This document shows, in pieces, positions 36,935-50,084 of a stretch of 55,729 nt of DNA. Source of the stretch: Octopus bimaculoides (Eukaryota). Within the stretch, counting starts at the first letter, position 1. Each line of letters opens with the position of its first letter. Below the pieces are notes generated by a model that was not told the DNA's origin, did no database searches, and was given only the letters and a program-made list of their open reading frames with translations. The DNA is taken from the NCBI RefSeq assembly GCF_001194135.2, contig NC_068987.1, positions 21,888,775-21,944,503 of the forward strand. Direction: 5' to 3'. The translations under genes were made by a program, and so were the position numbers.

Positions 36935-36957
36935 TATAGAATGTATATATGTGTATG

Positions 36958-36998
<41 letters not shown>

Positions 36999-37730
36999 AT
37001 ATATGTGTGTGTGTGTACATGTATAGACTTAGAAACAGACAGGCAAACAGAGAAAGCATGCTTGCAAGAATAAATGACTGAATGAGAACAAAAAGTAAGA
37101 GGAAGAGAAATATTGTAAAAAGAAAACTGATCACAAGAAATATTATATGAGAGAGAGGGTAAGAGAGACGGTGAGAGGGGGAGGGAGGGAGAGAGAGAGA
37201 GATAGATAGATAGACAGATACATAATTAGGTGGAGAAATAGAGTGTGGAACTGATGGAAAGGGGAAAGTAATAGAGAGAATATATAGAGAGAAGAATCTC
37301 TGGTGCTAAACCCATATTTCGAAGTCACAGCATCAGTGACCAATAATAACAGTTACTGAGTGGGTTGATTGGTTGTTTGGTTGAGTTGGCGGCTTGGTCA
37401 GTCGGTGGCCGGTTGGTTGGTTTGTTGGCTGTTGGTCAGGTGACAGGAAACTTGGGAACTCCTCATTGCTATTGCCTTGCGACATACAGCTTAGTACAAA
37501 TCTCAGTTAATCACTATATTATAGACGTGTATTTTTAGATTTTGTACAACCACATAGAGGGAGTTCTTGTCACTTATCAGCCTGGATAATATCAGTCGAT
37601 AAATTTTTGCTTCGCTATGGGAGACTCCACCGCATTTGTATTTAGTATGCAAAATGCTTTCCTGAGGTATTTTCTCGTCTGCCATATTGAGATTCTCAAA
37701 ATCGAGATCACTACACCTCTTCTATCTAAT

Positions 37731-38163
37731 TCTTTTACTCTTTTACTCTTTTATTTGTTTCAGTCATTTGATTGTGGCCATGCTGGAGCACCACCTTTAG
37801 TCGAGCAAATCGACCCCGGGACTTATTCTTTGTAAGCCTAGTACTTATTCTATCGGTCTCTTTTTGCCAAACCGCTAAGTTACAGGGACATAAACACACC
37901 AGCATTGGTTGTCAAGCGATGTTGGGGGGAACAAACACAGACACACAAACATATACACACACACATACATATATATATACATACATATATACATATATAC
38001 GACGGGCTTCCTTCAGTTTCTGTCTACCAAATCCACTCACAAGGCTTTGGTCGGCCTGAGGCTATAGTAGAAGACACTTGCCCATGGTGCCACGCAGTGG
38101 GACTGAACCCGGAACCATGTGGTTGGTAAGCAAGCTACTTACCACACAGCCACTCCTACGCCT
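37731..38163 (-). mobile_element. SINE family A, young full-length copy
   Basis: Head GGCGTAGGAGTGGCTGTGTGGTAAG...GGTTCAGTCCC, internal (TA/TG)n, 3' body, (AAAAGAGT)n tail. Confidence 0.95.
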
Positions 38164-38359
38164 ATGGTTTGGTGAGGACAGTGTGAGAAAGGTCTCATTT
38201 CAAAGTTGATACGTGCAGTTCCAGTCTACTTAGCTGAAAATTAGTGCCAGTCAAGTGTTGGTGCAGTCCTCTCTCTTGCCCTCCCCCTCCCCCTCCATCC
38301 ATCTCTCCTCCTCCTTCCAGCTGTCACATCCTTGATGCTCCACTGGCATCAAGAATGTA

Positions 38360-38764
38360 ACAGCTGGTGGTCTTTGGTGTGTCTCCAGTGAGGGTGATGT
38401 AATTTCACCCCATACTCTAAAACAGGGCCTTAGGCTCAATTCAGATGGCTATGTGAAACTGCAGGAGACTGTGGTCAAACTCTGACTGGAGATGGATGCT
38501 GCTGAAAGACAATATGTGTGTTAGCAAAATTTGGCTCTTTGCTCTACCTCCAGAAAGGCTGTTGGAGAATTTCTATGACTTTACCAGCTCCAATTTCTGG
38601 TCTCCTAATTCCTCTGATTGCAATCCCATAAGTTACTATATGTGGGGCCTGGTTGAGAAACACACCAATTATTCTGTCTGTAACACCAGGGCCAAGCTGG
38701 TGGCCAAGATCAAAGAAGTGTTCAAAGGCTTTCCCAGGGTAACAGTAACAGGTGGCTACTTTAA
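38360..38764 (+). pseudogene. Tc1/mariner-superfamily transposase fragment, maT/DD37D-like
   Basis: VSSEGDVISPHTLKQGLRLNSDGYVKLQETVVKL*LEMDAAERQYVC*QNLALC/LLENFYDFTSSNFWSPNSSDCNPISYYMWGLVEKHTN...GGYF. Motifs correspond to QQDSAPxH and WPPxSPDxNPxDY; both Asp positions are mutated here. Confidence 0.8.
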
Positions 38765-38769
38765 GGACC

Positions 38770-39079
38770 ATGAATGATCATGGGATTGCACCTAGAAAGT
38801 TACCCTCTGAGGCACAAGTCTGGGCAAGGTTGTTTATGGAAGACAAGTAATTGTCTATGCATGCCAGCCTCCCCTCTGCATGCCACTGATGTTATCCAAG
38901 GGAAAGGCAAAGACCGATACAGCTTGGCACCAGTCATGTCGCAACTCATTTCTACAGCTGAGTGAACTGGAGTAAGATGAAATAAAGTATCTTGCACAAC
39001 ATGAAGCCTGGTCCGGGAATCGAACTCACAACCTCATGATCGTAAGCTCGATGCTCTAACCACTGAGCCATGCGCCTTC
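38770..39079 (-). mobile_element. SINE with E-type tRNA head and a different 3' body
   Basis: Reverse-complement head GAAGGCGCATGGCTCAGTGGTTAGAGC...GAGTTCGATTCCCGG. Confidence 0.85.
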
Positions 39080-39086
39080 ATATATA

Positions 39087-39127
<41 letters not shown>

Positions 39128-39129
<2 letters not shown>

Positions 39130-39311
39130 TCATCATCATCGTTTAACGTCTGCTTTCCATGCTAGCATGGGTTGGACGATTTGACTGAGGACTGGTGAAC
39201 CAGATGGCTACACCAGGCTCCAATCTGATTTGGCAGAGTTTCTACAGCTGGATGCCCTTCCTAATGCCAACCACTCAGAGAGTGTAGTGGGTGCTTTTAC
39301 GTGTCACCGGC
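39128..39311 (-). mobile_element. RTE 3' end (family B), runs into a gap
   Basis: Near-identical to the 4861 copy. Confidence 0.9.
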
Positions 39312-40085
39312 NNNNNNNNNNNNNNNNNNNNNNNNNNNNNNNNNNNNNNNNNNNNNNNNNNNNNNNNNNNNNNNNNNNNNNNNNNNNNNNNNNNNNNNNN
39401 NNNNNNNNNNNNNNNNNNNNNNNNNNNNNNNNNNNNNNNNNNNNNNNNNNNNNNNNNNNNNNNNNNNNNNNNNNNNNNNNNNNNNNNNNNNNNNNNNNNN
39501 NNNNNNNNNNNNNNNNNNNNNNNNNNNNNNNNNNNNNNNNNNNNNNNNNNNNNNNNNNNNNNNNNNNNNNNNNNNNNNNNNNNNNNNNNNNNNNNNNNNN
39601 NNNNNNNNNNNNNNNNNNNNNNNNNNNNNNNNNNNNNNNNNNNNNNNNNNNNNNNNNNNNNNNNNNNNNNNNNNTATATATTCATATACATGTATGCAGA
39701 AAGAGTGAGAGAGAGAGAGTGTGAAGAGTGACAGTGTCAGCTGTTCTTTTACTTTAAAATCACCATGACCACCACCACTACTAAAACAGAACATATCACA
39801 ACACATTACACAGGCAAGTAAAATACTGATGTTTAATCATCTTTTGGAAAAATCTTTGAGAGACAGAACAAAGTAATGGACTTCTTAAACAACAACAACA
39901 ACATCCATGACATCAGGCAAAAGAAAACATGATGATGATTATGATGATGACAATAACAACGAAAATAGATCTGGAATGAAAGTATATGTACTGAACTGGA
40001 AGTGAAGGCAGTGTGTGTGTGTGTGTGTGTGTGTTTTTAAAATAAACAAATGCACACACAAACGTGTGTGATGTGTATGTGTATA

Positions 40086-40159
<74 letters not shown>

Positions 40160-40981
40160 NNNNNNNNNNNNNNNNNNNNNNNNNNNNNNNNNNNNNNNNN
40201 NNNNNNNNNNNNNNNNNNNNNNNNNNNNNNNNNNNNNNNNNNNNNNNNNNNNNNNNNNNNNNNNNNNNNNNNNNNNNNNNNNNNNNNNNNNNNNNNNNNN
40301 NNNNNNNNNNNNNNNNNNNNNNNNNNNNNNNNNNNNNNNNNNNNNNNNNNNNNNNNNNNNNNNNNNNNNNNNNNNNNNNNNNNNNNNNNNNNNNNNNNNN
40401 NNNNNNNNNNNNNNNNNNNNNNNNNNNNNNNNNNNNNNNNNNNNNNNNNNNNNNNNNNNNNNNNNNNNNNNNNNNNNNNNNNNNNNNNNNNNNNNNNNNN
40501 NNNNNNNNNNNNNNNNNNNNNNNNNNNNNNNNNNNNNNNNNNNNNNNNNNNNNNNNNNNNNNNNNNNNNNNNNNNNNNNNNNNNNNNNNNNNNNNNNNNN
40601 NNNNNNNNNNNNNNNNNNNNNNNNNNNNNNNNNNNNNNNNNNNNNNNNNNNNNNNNNNNNNNNNNNNNNNNNNNNNNNNNNNNNNNNNNNNNNNNNNNNN
40701 NNNNNNNNNNNNNNNNNNNNNNNNNNNNNNNNNNNNNNNNNNNNNNNNNNNNNNNNNNNNNNNNNNNNNNNNNNNNNNNNNNNNNNNNNNNNNNNNNNNN
40801 NNNNNNNNNNNNNNNNNNNNNNNNNNNNGTATAGATAAAAGATAGAAATGGTAGGTGGGAGAGGGAGTGAAAGAGAGAGGAATATAGGAAGAGAAAGAGA
40901 GGGATGGAAAGAGAAAGAATTAGAGAGTTAAGGAGAGAGACAGAGGTAGACAGACAGATATTTGTCTATAGATAGATATAC

Positions 40982-41038
<57 letters not shown>

Positions 41039-41667
41039 TACAGATAGATAGATATACAGATAGATATACATATAGATAGATAGACAGATAGATATACATA
41101 TAGATAGATATACAGATAGATAGATAGATAGATAGATAGAAAGGGAGAAGGAGAAAGAAAAGGAAAGCATAAGGAGAGAGAGAGAAAGGAAGATGGAGGA
41201 AATGAAAGAGAGAGAAAGAGAGGAATACAAAAATAGAGAAAAAGAAAAAGTGAGAAAGAAAGAGAGAGACAGGCAGGCAGACAGACAGACAGACAGATCA
41301 CAAGAATCAAAGGAAAAAAAGAAAAAGTTATACAAATAGAATGAAAGAGAATGCTTGCAAATATGCGTGTGTGTGTGCGTGCACCTGTGTATGTATGTGC
41401 GTGTGTGTGCGAGTGTCTACGTGTAGGTGTTTACAGACACTTGAATTAACTGGTGGTTTTGTCAGACAACAGAATAAGTGATCGATAAACAATAGGCTAC
41501 ATCCATTCTGAAGAGGCAAACGCAGTCCACCCGCACAAAAGGTGGCCAACCACTTGGCTTTCAATTGCTTATACAAACATATGTGCAATACACATATACA
41601 CACACACATGTATATATATGTGCATATATATATGTGTGTGTGTATCTATATACATATATGTGCATGT

Positions 41668-41708
<41 letters not shown>

Positions 41709-41904
41709 GGAGTAAGCACATGAAATATGCAACAAAGTGGAAAAAAGAGTACTCAAATACCAGAGGTAGAGTAATATGCTTTATTTAAAAGCAGCAGAAA
41801 ATATAACAAAAAAACCGTTACTCTGAGTTTCACGTTCATTGGACAATATAAGCATATATACATATACACACGCATATACATATATATATATATACACATA
41901 TATA

Positions 41905-43195
41905 TGCATATATGGGTACAGGATGTCACCAACAGTAAACTACATGAAATACGAAAATAGATGTATTAGTTTAACGCTCAGGAAGTAAAAAAGTCTTTAA
42001 CGTTTCAAGCCTATGCTCCTATGCTCTTCCACAGAAAGGAACACAGAAAGAAACAGGGAGAGAAAATAAAAAATGTGTAGTGGCTAGCGATCTATCATGG
42101 TGAATGCTGGACAGAGGCGTCACACAGGAGAGCTAGGAAGAAGGGGAGATAATAAAGTAGTGGTGATCCCGAAAGGAAGAGAGCATGTATGTGCATGTGG
42201 ATGAGGAGTGGTGACCTTGATGTGTGCATGTGTGCATGGTGGTGTGATGTGATGTGGTGTTGTGTGGTATGGTGGTGTGTGGTGTGGTGGTGTTGGGACG
42301 TGGGGGAGGCGAGAGTGGAGAAAGCAAGGGTGGAGTGTGGGGGTAGAGGTGGGGTATGGGGGAGTGGGTGTAAGGAATGGNNNNNNNNNNNNNNNNNNNN
42401 NNNNNNNNNNNNNNNNNNNNNNNNNNNNNNNNNNNNNNNNNNNNNNNNNNNNNNNNNNNNNNNNNNNNNNNNNNNNNNNNNNNNNNNNNNNNNNNNNNNN
42501 NNNNNNNNNNNNNNNNNNNNNNNNNNNNNNNNNNNNNNNNNNNNNNNNNNNNNNNNNNNNNNNNNNNNNNNNNNNNNNNNNNNNNNNNNNNNNNNNNNNN
42601 NNNNNNNNNNNNNNNNNNNNNNNNNNNNNNNNNNNNNNNNNNNNNNNNNNNNNNNNNNNNNNCCTGTTCAAGGCAAAGATGGGAGTCTGGATGGCCCCTG
42701 TGCAAGGACATTTCGAACACAGACAGGTGTTGCAAAGAGTGGCAGATAGAGCGGAAATTGCGCGAGACCGGGGTGTCATTGCCGAGTCGGATGTCTCAGA
42801 GGTATTCCGCGAACCCGTCAGCCAAGTGGCGTCCCGTTTGCCCGATGTATAGAGAAGGGCAGAGAGAGCAGGAGATGCAGTAGATGACATTACTAGAAGT
42901 GCAGGTGAAGGAGTCGGTGATATGATAGGGTCGATGATGGGTGCCGGTGAGGAGGGTGGTGTTGGAGAGGTAAGGGCAAGTGGTGAGCCATGAGTTGAGA
43001 CTGAGTCTCAAAGTCATGGTCATCACTGCAGAGATTGCGTAGACAGAGGAATTGGGAATAGGGGACGGAGAGCTTGGTGTGTTTAGGGTGGGAGGAGGAG
43101 AAGTTGAGGTATGAGTGTGAGTCTGTGTGTTTGTAATGGATGAAGGTGGTGAGAGTGGAGTGATGAATGCTGACAGAAATGTCAAGAAAGGAGAC
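41905..43195 (-). mobile_element. Penelope-like retroelement fragment: RT C-terminus, GIY-YIG endonuclease and 3' non-coding region (gap inside)
   Basis: VSFLDISV...HYKHTDSHSYLNFSSSHPKHTKLSVPYSQFLCLRNLCS (PLE RT C-terminus), then ITDSFTCTSSNVIYCISCSLCPSLYIGQTGRHLADGFAEYLRDIR (GIY-YIG). The linker is deleted. Confidence 0.9.
41995..42038 (-). ncRNA. Degenerate minimal hammerhead-like motif downstream of the Penelope ORF
   Basis: CUUU [CUGUGGA]A GAGC-AUAG(8-nt duplication)-GCUU GAAAC GUU AAAG. Confidence 0.5.
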
Positions 43196-43324
43196 ATATG
43201 TATATATGCATATATGTTTATATACATATATATGTTTATAAACACATATATGTATGTAACACTGTATCAATAAGACAATAAGACACTGTTATACACCACT
43301 GATCACAATGTGCTTCCTCACATT

Positions 43325-43540
43325 GTTGCACCTTTTAAATAATGCTACCCTGATGTGTGGGCAGGCAGGCCAACACTTTCCCCTGAAAGGAATGCCTATT
43401 TGTTTTAAGGAGATTCATTTACAGTGAGTGAAATGAAGGGTTTTACTCAAGAACACAACACACAGCTTGTCTAGGAATTGAAACCACTTCCTTGTAATCA
43501 TGAATGCAACACCCAAACCGTCAGGTGACAGGCCTTCACA
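43325..43540 (-). mobile_element. Old E-type SINE
   Basis: TTTTACTCAAGAACACAACAC...GGAATTGAAACCAC...GGCCTTCAC. Confidence 0.6.
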
Positions 43541-43671
43541 TTTAGATGTATATAAGTATGTGTGTGTGTATACATATATATTTATATAAATATACATACA
43601 TGTACACATATACATATGTATATATACATATTGGCTAAACTGGCGACATGACCATCCCCAAATACGAAAAC

Positions 43672-43714
<43 letters not shown>

Positions 43715-44603
43715 NNNNNNNNNNNNNNNNNNNNNNNNNNNNNNNNNNNNNNNNNNNNNNNNNNNNNNNNNNNNNNNNNNNNNNNNNNNNNNNNNNNNNN
43801 NNNNNNNNNNNNNNNNNNNNNNNNNNNNNNNNNNNNNNNNNNNNNNNNNNNNNNNNNNNNNNNNNNNNNNNNNNNNNNNNNNNNNNNNNNNNNNNNNNNN
43901 NNNNNNNNNNNNNNNNNNNNNNNNNNNNNNNNNNNNNNNNNNNNNNNNNNNNNNNNNNNNNNNNNNNNNNNNNNNNNNNNNNNNNNNNNNNNNNNNNNNN
44001 NNNNNNNNNNNNNNNNNNNNNNNNNNNNNNNNNNNNNNNNNNNNNNNNNNNNNNNNNNNNNNNNNNNNNNNNNNNNNNNNNNNNNNNNNNNNNNNNNNNN
44101 NNNNNNNNNNNNNNNNNNNNNNNNNNNNNNNNNNNNNNNNNNNNNNNNNNNNNNNNNNNNNNNNNNNNNNNNNNNNNNNNNNNNNNNNNNNNNNNNNNNN
44201 NNNNNNNNNNNNNNNNNNNNNNNNNNNNNNNNNNNNNNNNNNNNNNNNNNNNNNNNNNNNNNNNNNNNNNNNNNNNNNNNNNNNNNNNNNNNNNNNNNNN
44301 NNNNNNNNNNNNNNNNNNNNNNNNNNNNNNNNNNNNNNNNNNNNNNNNNNNNNNNNNNNNNNNNNNNNNNNNNNNNNNNNNNNNNNNNNNNNNNNNNNNN
44401 NNNNNNNNNNNNNNNNNNNNNNNNNNNNNNNNNNNNNNNNNNNNNNNNNNNNNNNNNNNNNNNNNNNNNNNNNNNNNNNNNNNNNNNNNNNNNNNNNNNN
44501 NNNNNNNNNNNNNNNNNNNNNNNNNNNNNNNNNNNNNNNNNNNNNNNNNNNNNNNNNNNNNNNNNNNNNNNNNNNNNNNNNNNNNNNNNNNNNNNNNNNN
44601 NNN

Positions 44604-44634
<31 letters not shown>

Positions 44635-44719
44635 ACATGTATATGTATATATATATATATATGTATATACATATATGCATATATATATATATGCATATAT
44701 ATGCATATATATATGTATA

Positions 44720-44766
<47 letters not shown>

Positions 44767-45185
44767 ATATATGTATATATATATGCATATATATTACTTG
44801 TTTCAGTCATTTGACTGTGGCCATGGTGGAGCACCGCTATGGATGTCAAAATAATGATGATGATGATTATGATGATGATATATATCATCATCATTTTCAC
44901 ACCTATAGCAAGAGAGAGAAAGAGTGTGAGAGACAGAGAAAGATAAATGCATACACACACACAAACATAATCCAATACGTACAAATGTACAACACTGAAG
45001 CATTCACACACACACATATACATACATAAACATGCACTCGACAATCTCCCTCGCCATCTTTTTGTCTCTTGCACATAAACAGGAACACACAATTATGCAC
45101 GTTCACTCACACATACACACACACATGCACTCACACACTTATAGCTGTGTGTTTGTATGTGTATATATATGCATGTGTATGAGTG

Positions 45186-45230
<45 letters not shown>

Positions 45231-47526
45231 TAATTATATACACACACATATATTCATACACATACATATATATTTATCCATAAATATTTATACACATACA
45301 TAGATATATATAGATATATACATAAAATACGGATATGCATTCATACATACACATATGTATATATATATATATACATACATACATATGTATATATATTTAG
45401 CAGGACATACTCATGCACGCTCAAATCTTCATGTGAGTGTGGGGGTGTAAGTAAGGATACCAAGGTATAGCAACAAGCGTTTGCATATGGTGCACATGTG
45501 TGCATGTATGCATGTGTGTGTGTGCGTTTGTTTGCATGCGATTATGTGCAATGCATTCATATAAGACCTGAATGCCATATGTGTCTACATATATGTGTAC
45601 GTATGCATGTATGCATGTATGCATACATTTGTATGTATTTATGCATGCGTTCACATATGATTCCATATATAAGTGCATGTTCACGTACACGTGTTTATGT
45701 AATGTATGAATGAGTTTATGTAATATATATTCGTTTTGCGTGAGCGTGGGTGTTTCCCCAATATATTCCGGTGTAGAAATTTGAAATTATCATCTAAAAG
45801 CAGACTCGTGGGCGTGTGTTTCTATGCCTCTTACCACCACCACCAACACCACCGCCATTACCACCCTCAAGACCTCCACCGCTCTTATCACAAACACCTT
45901 CAGCAGCCTATTACATATTAGAATCTCCTCCTCCTCCTCCTGTGCCACCACTACTACCACCACCACTCGATCTCTTCGCTACTACCATAACTGCACCACC
46001 ATACCATACGCTGTGACTATTGCCACCACCAACATCAATAACGCCACCATCATCATTGCACTGCAATGACAACACCCCCACACCATCATCAACAACACCC
46101 ACCACTTCCACCCCATTATCACCTCCACCATCACCAGCATCATATGGTATCCTCCGTACCACGGTAACTACTGCACCACAACATGCGCTATTCTTATAGC
46201 CATCATCATCATCATTGACACCACCATCCCCACACTGCAGTGACCACACCGTCATCACCATCACCACTACAACCACACTGTCACCACCGCAACCACTGCT
46301 GCCATCACTGCCACCACCACTACCATCACCATACTGCAACATCCACCACTAATGCCACTCTTACAGCATTCATTGTAGTTAGCCACCAGCACCATCAATA
46401 CCACCACTAACAAGGAAGTCTCTATGGCGTGGCTGCATATACTAGAAAGAGTAGCTAAATCTCCTGAAAACTAGACCTTATAGTGTTAAAGAAGAAAGGA
46501 AACAAAGAAGTATGTCACTTTATAAAAAGAAAAAAACTGGATGGTCACTATTGGGACACTTTCAAAGGTCTGTCCTGGCAGGACTTATCTTGGGCTAAAC
46601 TATTACAGCAACTAAGCAGCCTGCCACCCAACCACCACCACCACCACCACCACTACTGCTGCCCATCCCTTCCAACAACATTGTCACCACTACTATCACT
46701 ATGATGGTAATTGCTTGAAAGCATTTGTTCATAGATCCAGCAGGACTGACCTTGGGCAAAACAACAACAACAACCAACCAAAACTACTTCTACCATCACT
46801 GCTTACACTACCACCAATACTACCACAATTACTACCGCTGCTATAGCCAACAACACCCCCAGCTTACACTATCAACACCACCACCATCACCATCACTACT
46901 TACACCATCATTATAGCAATCACCACCACCACCACCGCCACTACCACTTCATTGAACATTGTGTCGTATCCAATTTAAACTACATAACTAACAGCAAAGG
47001 ATTATAAGGAATGATTAGTAACATTAATAAGTAATATAATCTTCAATAACAACAATGGTCACACAGCACTGTATGTCACAATAACAACCACTAGTAATCC
47101 ACCCACACTACAGCAACACCAAGTAAATGCCCTTAAATATTTCTAGAAAATCAACCACTAAAATCCACATAAAAGAGACAAGAACATAAAATAGAAAATG
47201 TGCGCACATGTACAACACCTCATCCCACCCAACCCTTGCACACACACACACACACACATTTTGATCACTTCCTTCTAATAGGAACCCAAAATGTAATTGG
47301 GAAATCTAAAAATTCAGAAACCCATAACAAAGTAATATAGTTACATCTATATTACAAGAAGAGTTATACCAATAGATATGCTTGTTCTCATAGGAATAAT
47401 TTTTATCGTTCTTTTCTCTGTTGGAAGGTGGTATGCAGTTAATCTTACTATCTGTGAACTCATACGTTGCCACTGCAAAGAATTTTCCTTAAAAATTTGC
47501 TCATTTCTGGAACCAAACAAAATTAA

Positions 47527-47742
47527 CCCTTTAGCATTCAGATTACTGTCAGTTGTAATTCTTATTTATTTATTTACATTGTTTTGAATTCATCATGCAT
47601 TATCTTGTAGCTTTGAGAGTTTGATGATGTGATTATTTTCAGAATAACATAGTAGAGTAGGTGTGAAAAGCTGGATTTGGCTGGTCTGAACATAAAACAG
47701 GTAGAATATTTGGGATGACTATGGCTGGTTTAAATGCTAAAG
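47527..47742. mobile_element. piggyBac-like MITE (right end clipped)
   Basis: TTAA|CCCTTTAGCATTCA at left and TAAATGCTAAAG at right. Confidence 0.65.
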
Positions 47743-48466
47743 TCATAGACTTTAAACACTTCAAGTGGTTACTTCTGTATTACAAGGAGGATTATACCAA
47801 CAGATATTTGTTATTGGAAGGTGGTACACAACAAATCTTATCTGTGACCTCTCATCTTACTAGAACCTCGTTATAATGCAGTGAATAATCCTTGAAGATT
47901 TACATGTTTGGAGAAATGCTTCATAGCCTTAGTAAAATATTCTGAATAAAGTTTTTAGCTAGATTACATACATGATATGCTTCCTGCAATTTCTGTCTAT
48001 CACATAATTCCCTTACAAGGCATTGGTAAATCATTTATGAAATTAAGCATTCCATCTAAAATGTTTAAGTATCTAATGTAATGAATGAGCCAAAAAGAGA
48101 AAAGATTTTTCTAAGTATTCATGAATTGGAGATTACAATCAGCTTATGTGAGTAATTCATTCCATCATCACAGTAGAAACCACCTTGTACTATTGGATAT
48201 TACTGTTTGGAGTTTACTTATTAGGGGTAGACTAGTCAGATTAGTTATTTCAACTGAATCCTTCACACCAAGATTCATACCAAAGAGTGGTTCTAGATGA
48301 ATTCTTACCACACATACACACACATGACAAAAGGCATTCTGGCCATGAGCATCCTGTCTTTTATCCAATGTGTGTGTTCTCTTTTTATACAATACTGAAG
48401 TATGGTCTGTCCACTATTTCTAACAGACCAAGCAACAATGAATGGACTCTCTTGGTGGTTTAACAC

Positions 48467-48540
<74 letters not shown>

Positions 48541-49261
48541 CAGCAGCAGCAGCATTAACAATTTTTGGAAATATGCATCTCCACATAGCATTTAAAAAAA
48601 TATTTTTTGTTGTTAGCTGATGGTGAAAGGAGCATGTGACAATGGCACATGGTAGCTAGAGTATAGTGGTAATGGATACGTAGGTGATGGTAGAGGATAG
48701 GAGCTAAAGTAGAGGCAAGTGAAAGTGATATGGACATAAGATGGCAGTGGAGTGTAGCTATTAGTTGTGCTACATCAAACAGTATGTACATGATTGTGGT
48801 TATAGCAGTGGCAGTTGTTGCCGTTGTTTTTCAGTCCCCAAGTCAGTCTTGACCCAATATATTATAAAACAACTTGAACATAGAAAAACAATTTATACAC
48901 ACTGTTAAACACTCACTGTCTTAAACAGTCTCAAAGTACCAGAAAACTATATTTTTAGCTCAACAGAAAAGGAATCATTCAAGCATGACCCCTTTACACT
49001 TGTTAAATGTGTCCCATTTTCCAACATGAAGTGACACTTACCTATAACACCTTTCCTACCTACTAACACTTTTTGTATGTTGTTGCCATATTGAAGGTAG
49101 TCCTAGATATAGGCAAGTAACCTTGAGTTTACTCCATTGATGACAAACTACTCCTCGAAGTGGTTGACTGAACATTTAGAACATGCAGCCAAATCTGTCT
49201 CAAATAAGGAGATATCACAGTAGACAACATAGTACAGTATATTCATAAAAAAGATGAGACC

Positions 49262-49616
49262 CTACTCTTTTACTCGTTTCAGGCATTTGACTGCGGCCAT
49301 GCTGGAGCACCGCCTTTAGTCGAGCAAATCGACCCCGGGACTTATTCAATGTAAGCTTAATACTTATTCTATCGGTCTCTTTTTGCCGAATCGCTAAGTG
49401 ACGGGGACATAAACACACCAGCATCGGTTGTCAAGTAATGCTATTGGGACAAACACAGGCACACACACACATATATATACATATATACGATGGGCTTCAT
49501 TCAGTTTCCGTCTACTAAATCCACTCACAAGGCTTTGGTTAGCCCGAGGCTATAGTAGAAGACACTTGCCCAAGATGCCATGCAGTGGGACTGAACCCGG
49601 AACCATGTGGTTAAGC
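49262..49616 (-). mobile_element. SINE family A, young, head clipped
   Basis: Nearly collinear with 37731-38130. Confidence 0.92.
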
Positions 49617-49789
49617 AGACCAATGATTATAGGTTTACTAATTATGGTTGACTTGGAACAAAACAATGACTTGCATTGATGATTCAATACTACAATGAAT
49701 TTTTCAGAACCTAGGCACTGTGAATTAAAATCCTACAAAACTATCTAACAGTGCACAGTGATGGCTCTGCGGGGGGAAAAAAGGTGGGG

Positions 49790-50075
49790 GCAGGCATGTC
49801 CGTGTACTTAGGAAGGGGCACAGATATGGATGTGTACTTAAGAAGGGCTCCAGATATGACTGCATGGTTGTTAAGCTGGGGTGCAAGAATGTCTATGTAG
49901 TTAAGAAGGGGCACAGGTTTAGTTGTGTGCTTAAGAAGAGATGCAGATATACCTGTGTAGTTAGTAAGGGACAGGGATATGGTTGTGTGCTTAAGAAGGG
50001 CTCAAGCTATGATGGTATGGTTAAGAAAAGATGCAGGCATGTTTATGCAGTTAAGAAGGGACACAGGTGCTGTCT
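49790..50075. repeat. 30-bp degenerate minisatellite (about 9 units)
   Basis: Unit TTAAGAAGGGGCACAGATATGGWTGTGTRS; one unit carries a 3-nt insertion. Confidence 0.88.
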
Positions 50076-50084
50076 TTGTTATGG

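Noticed and set aside
41821-41844. Third hammerhead-like motif CCAAUGA-ACGU-GAAAC-UC (minus strand)
   Set aside because: Helix II is collapsed and helix I does not pair; too degenerate to support.
48472-48552. Poly-Thr/poly-Val ORFs
   Set aside because: A pure (GTA)n then (GCA)n microsatellite.
49035-49105. Minus-strand 61-nt exon candidate ending AG|GTAAGT (DYLQYGNNIQKVLVGRKGVI)
   Set aside because: Resembles decayed RTE RT (GLxxNMAxxKVLVxRK, RKGVxG) and has a weak acceptor.
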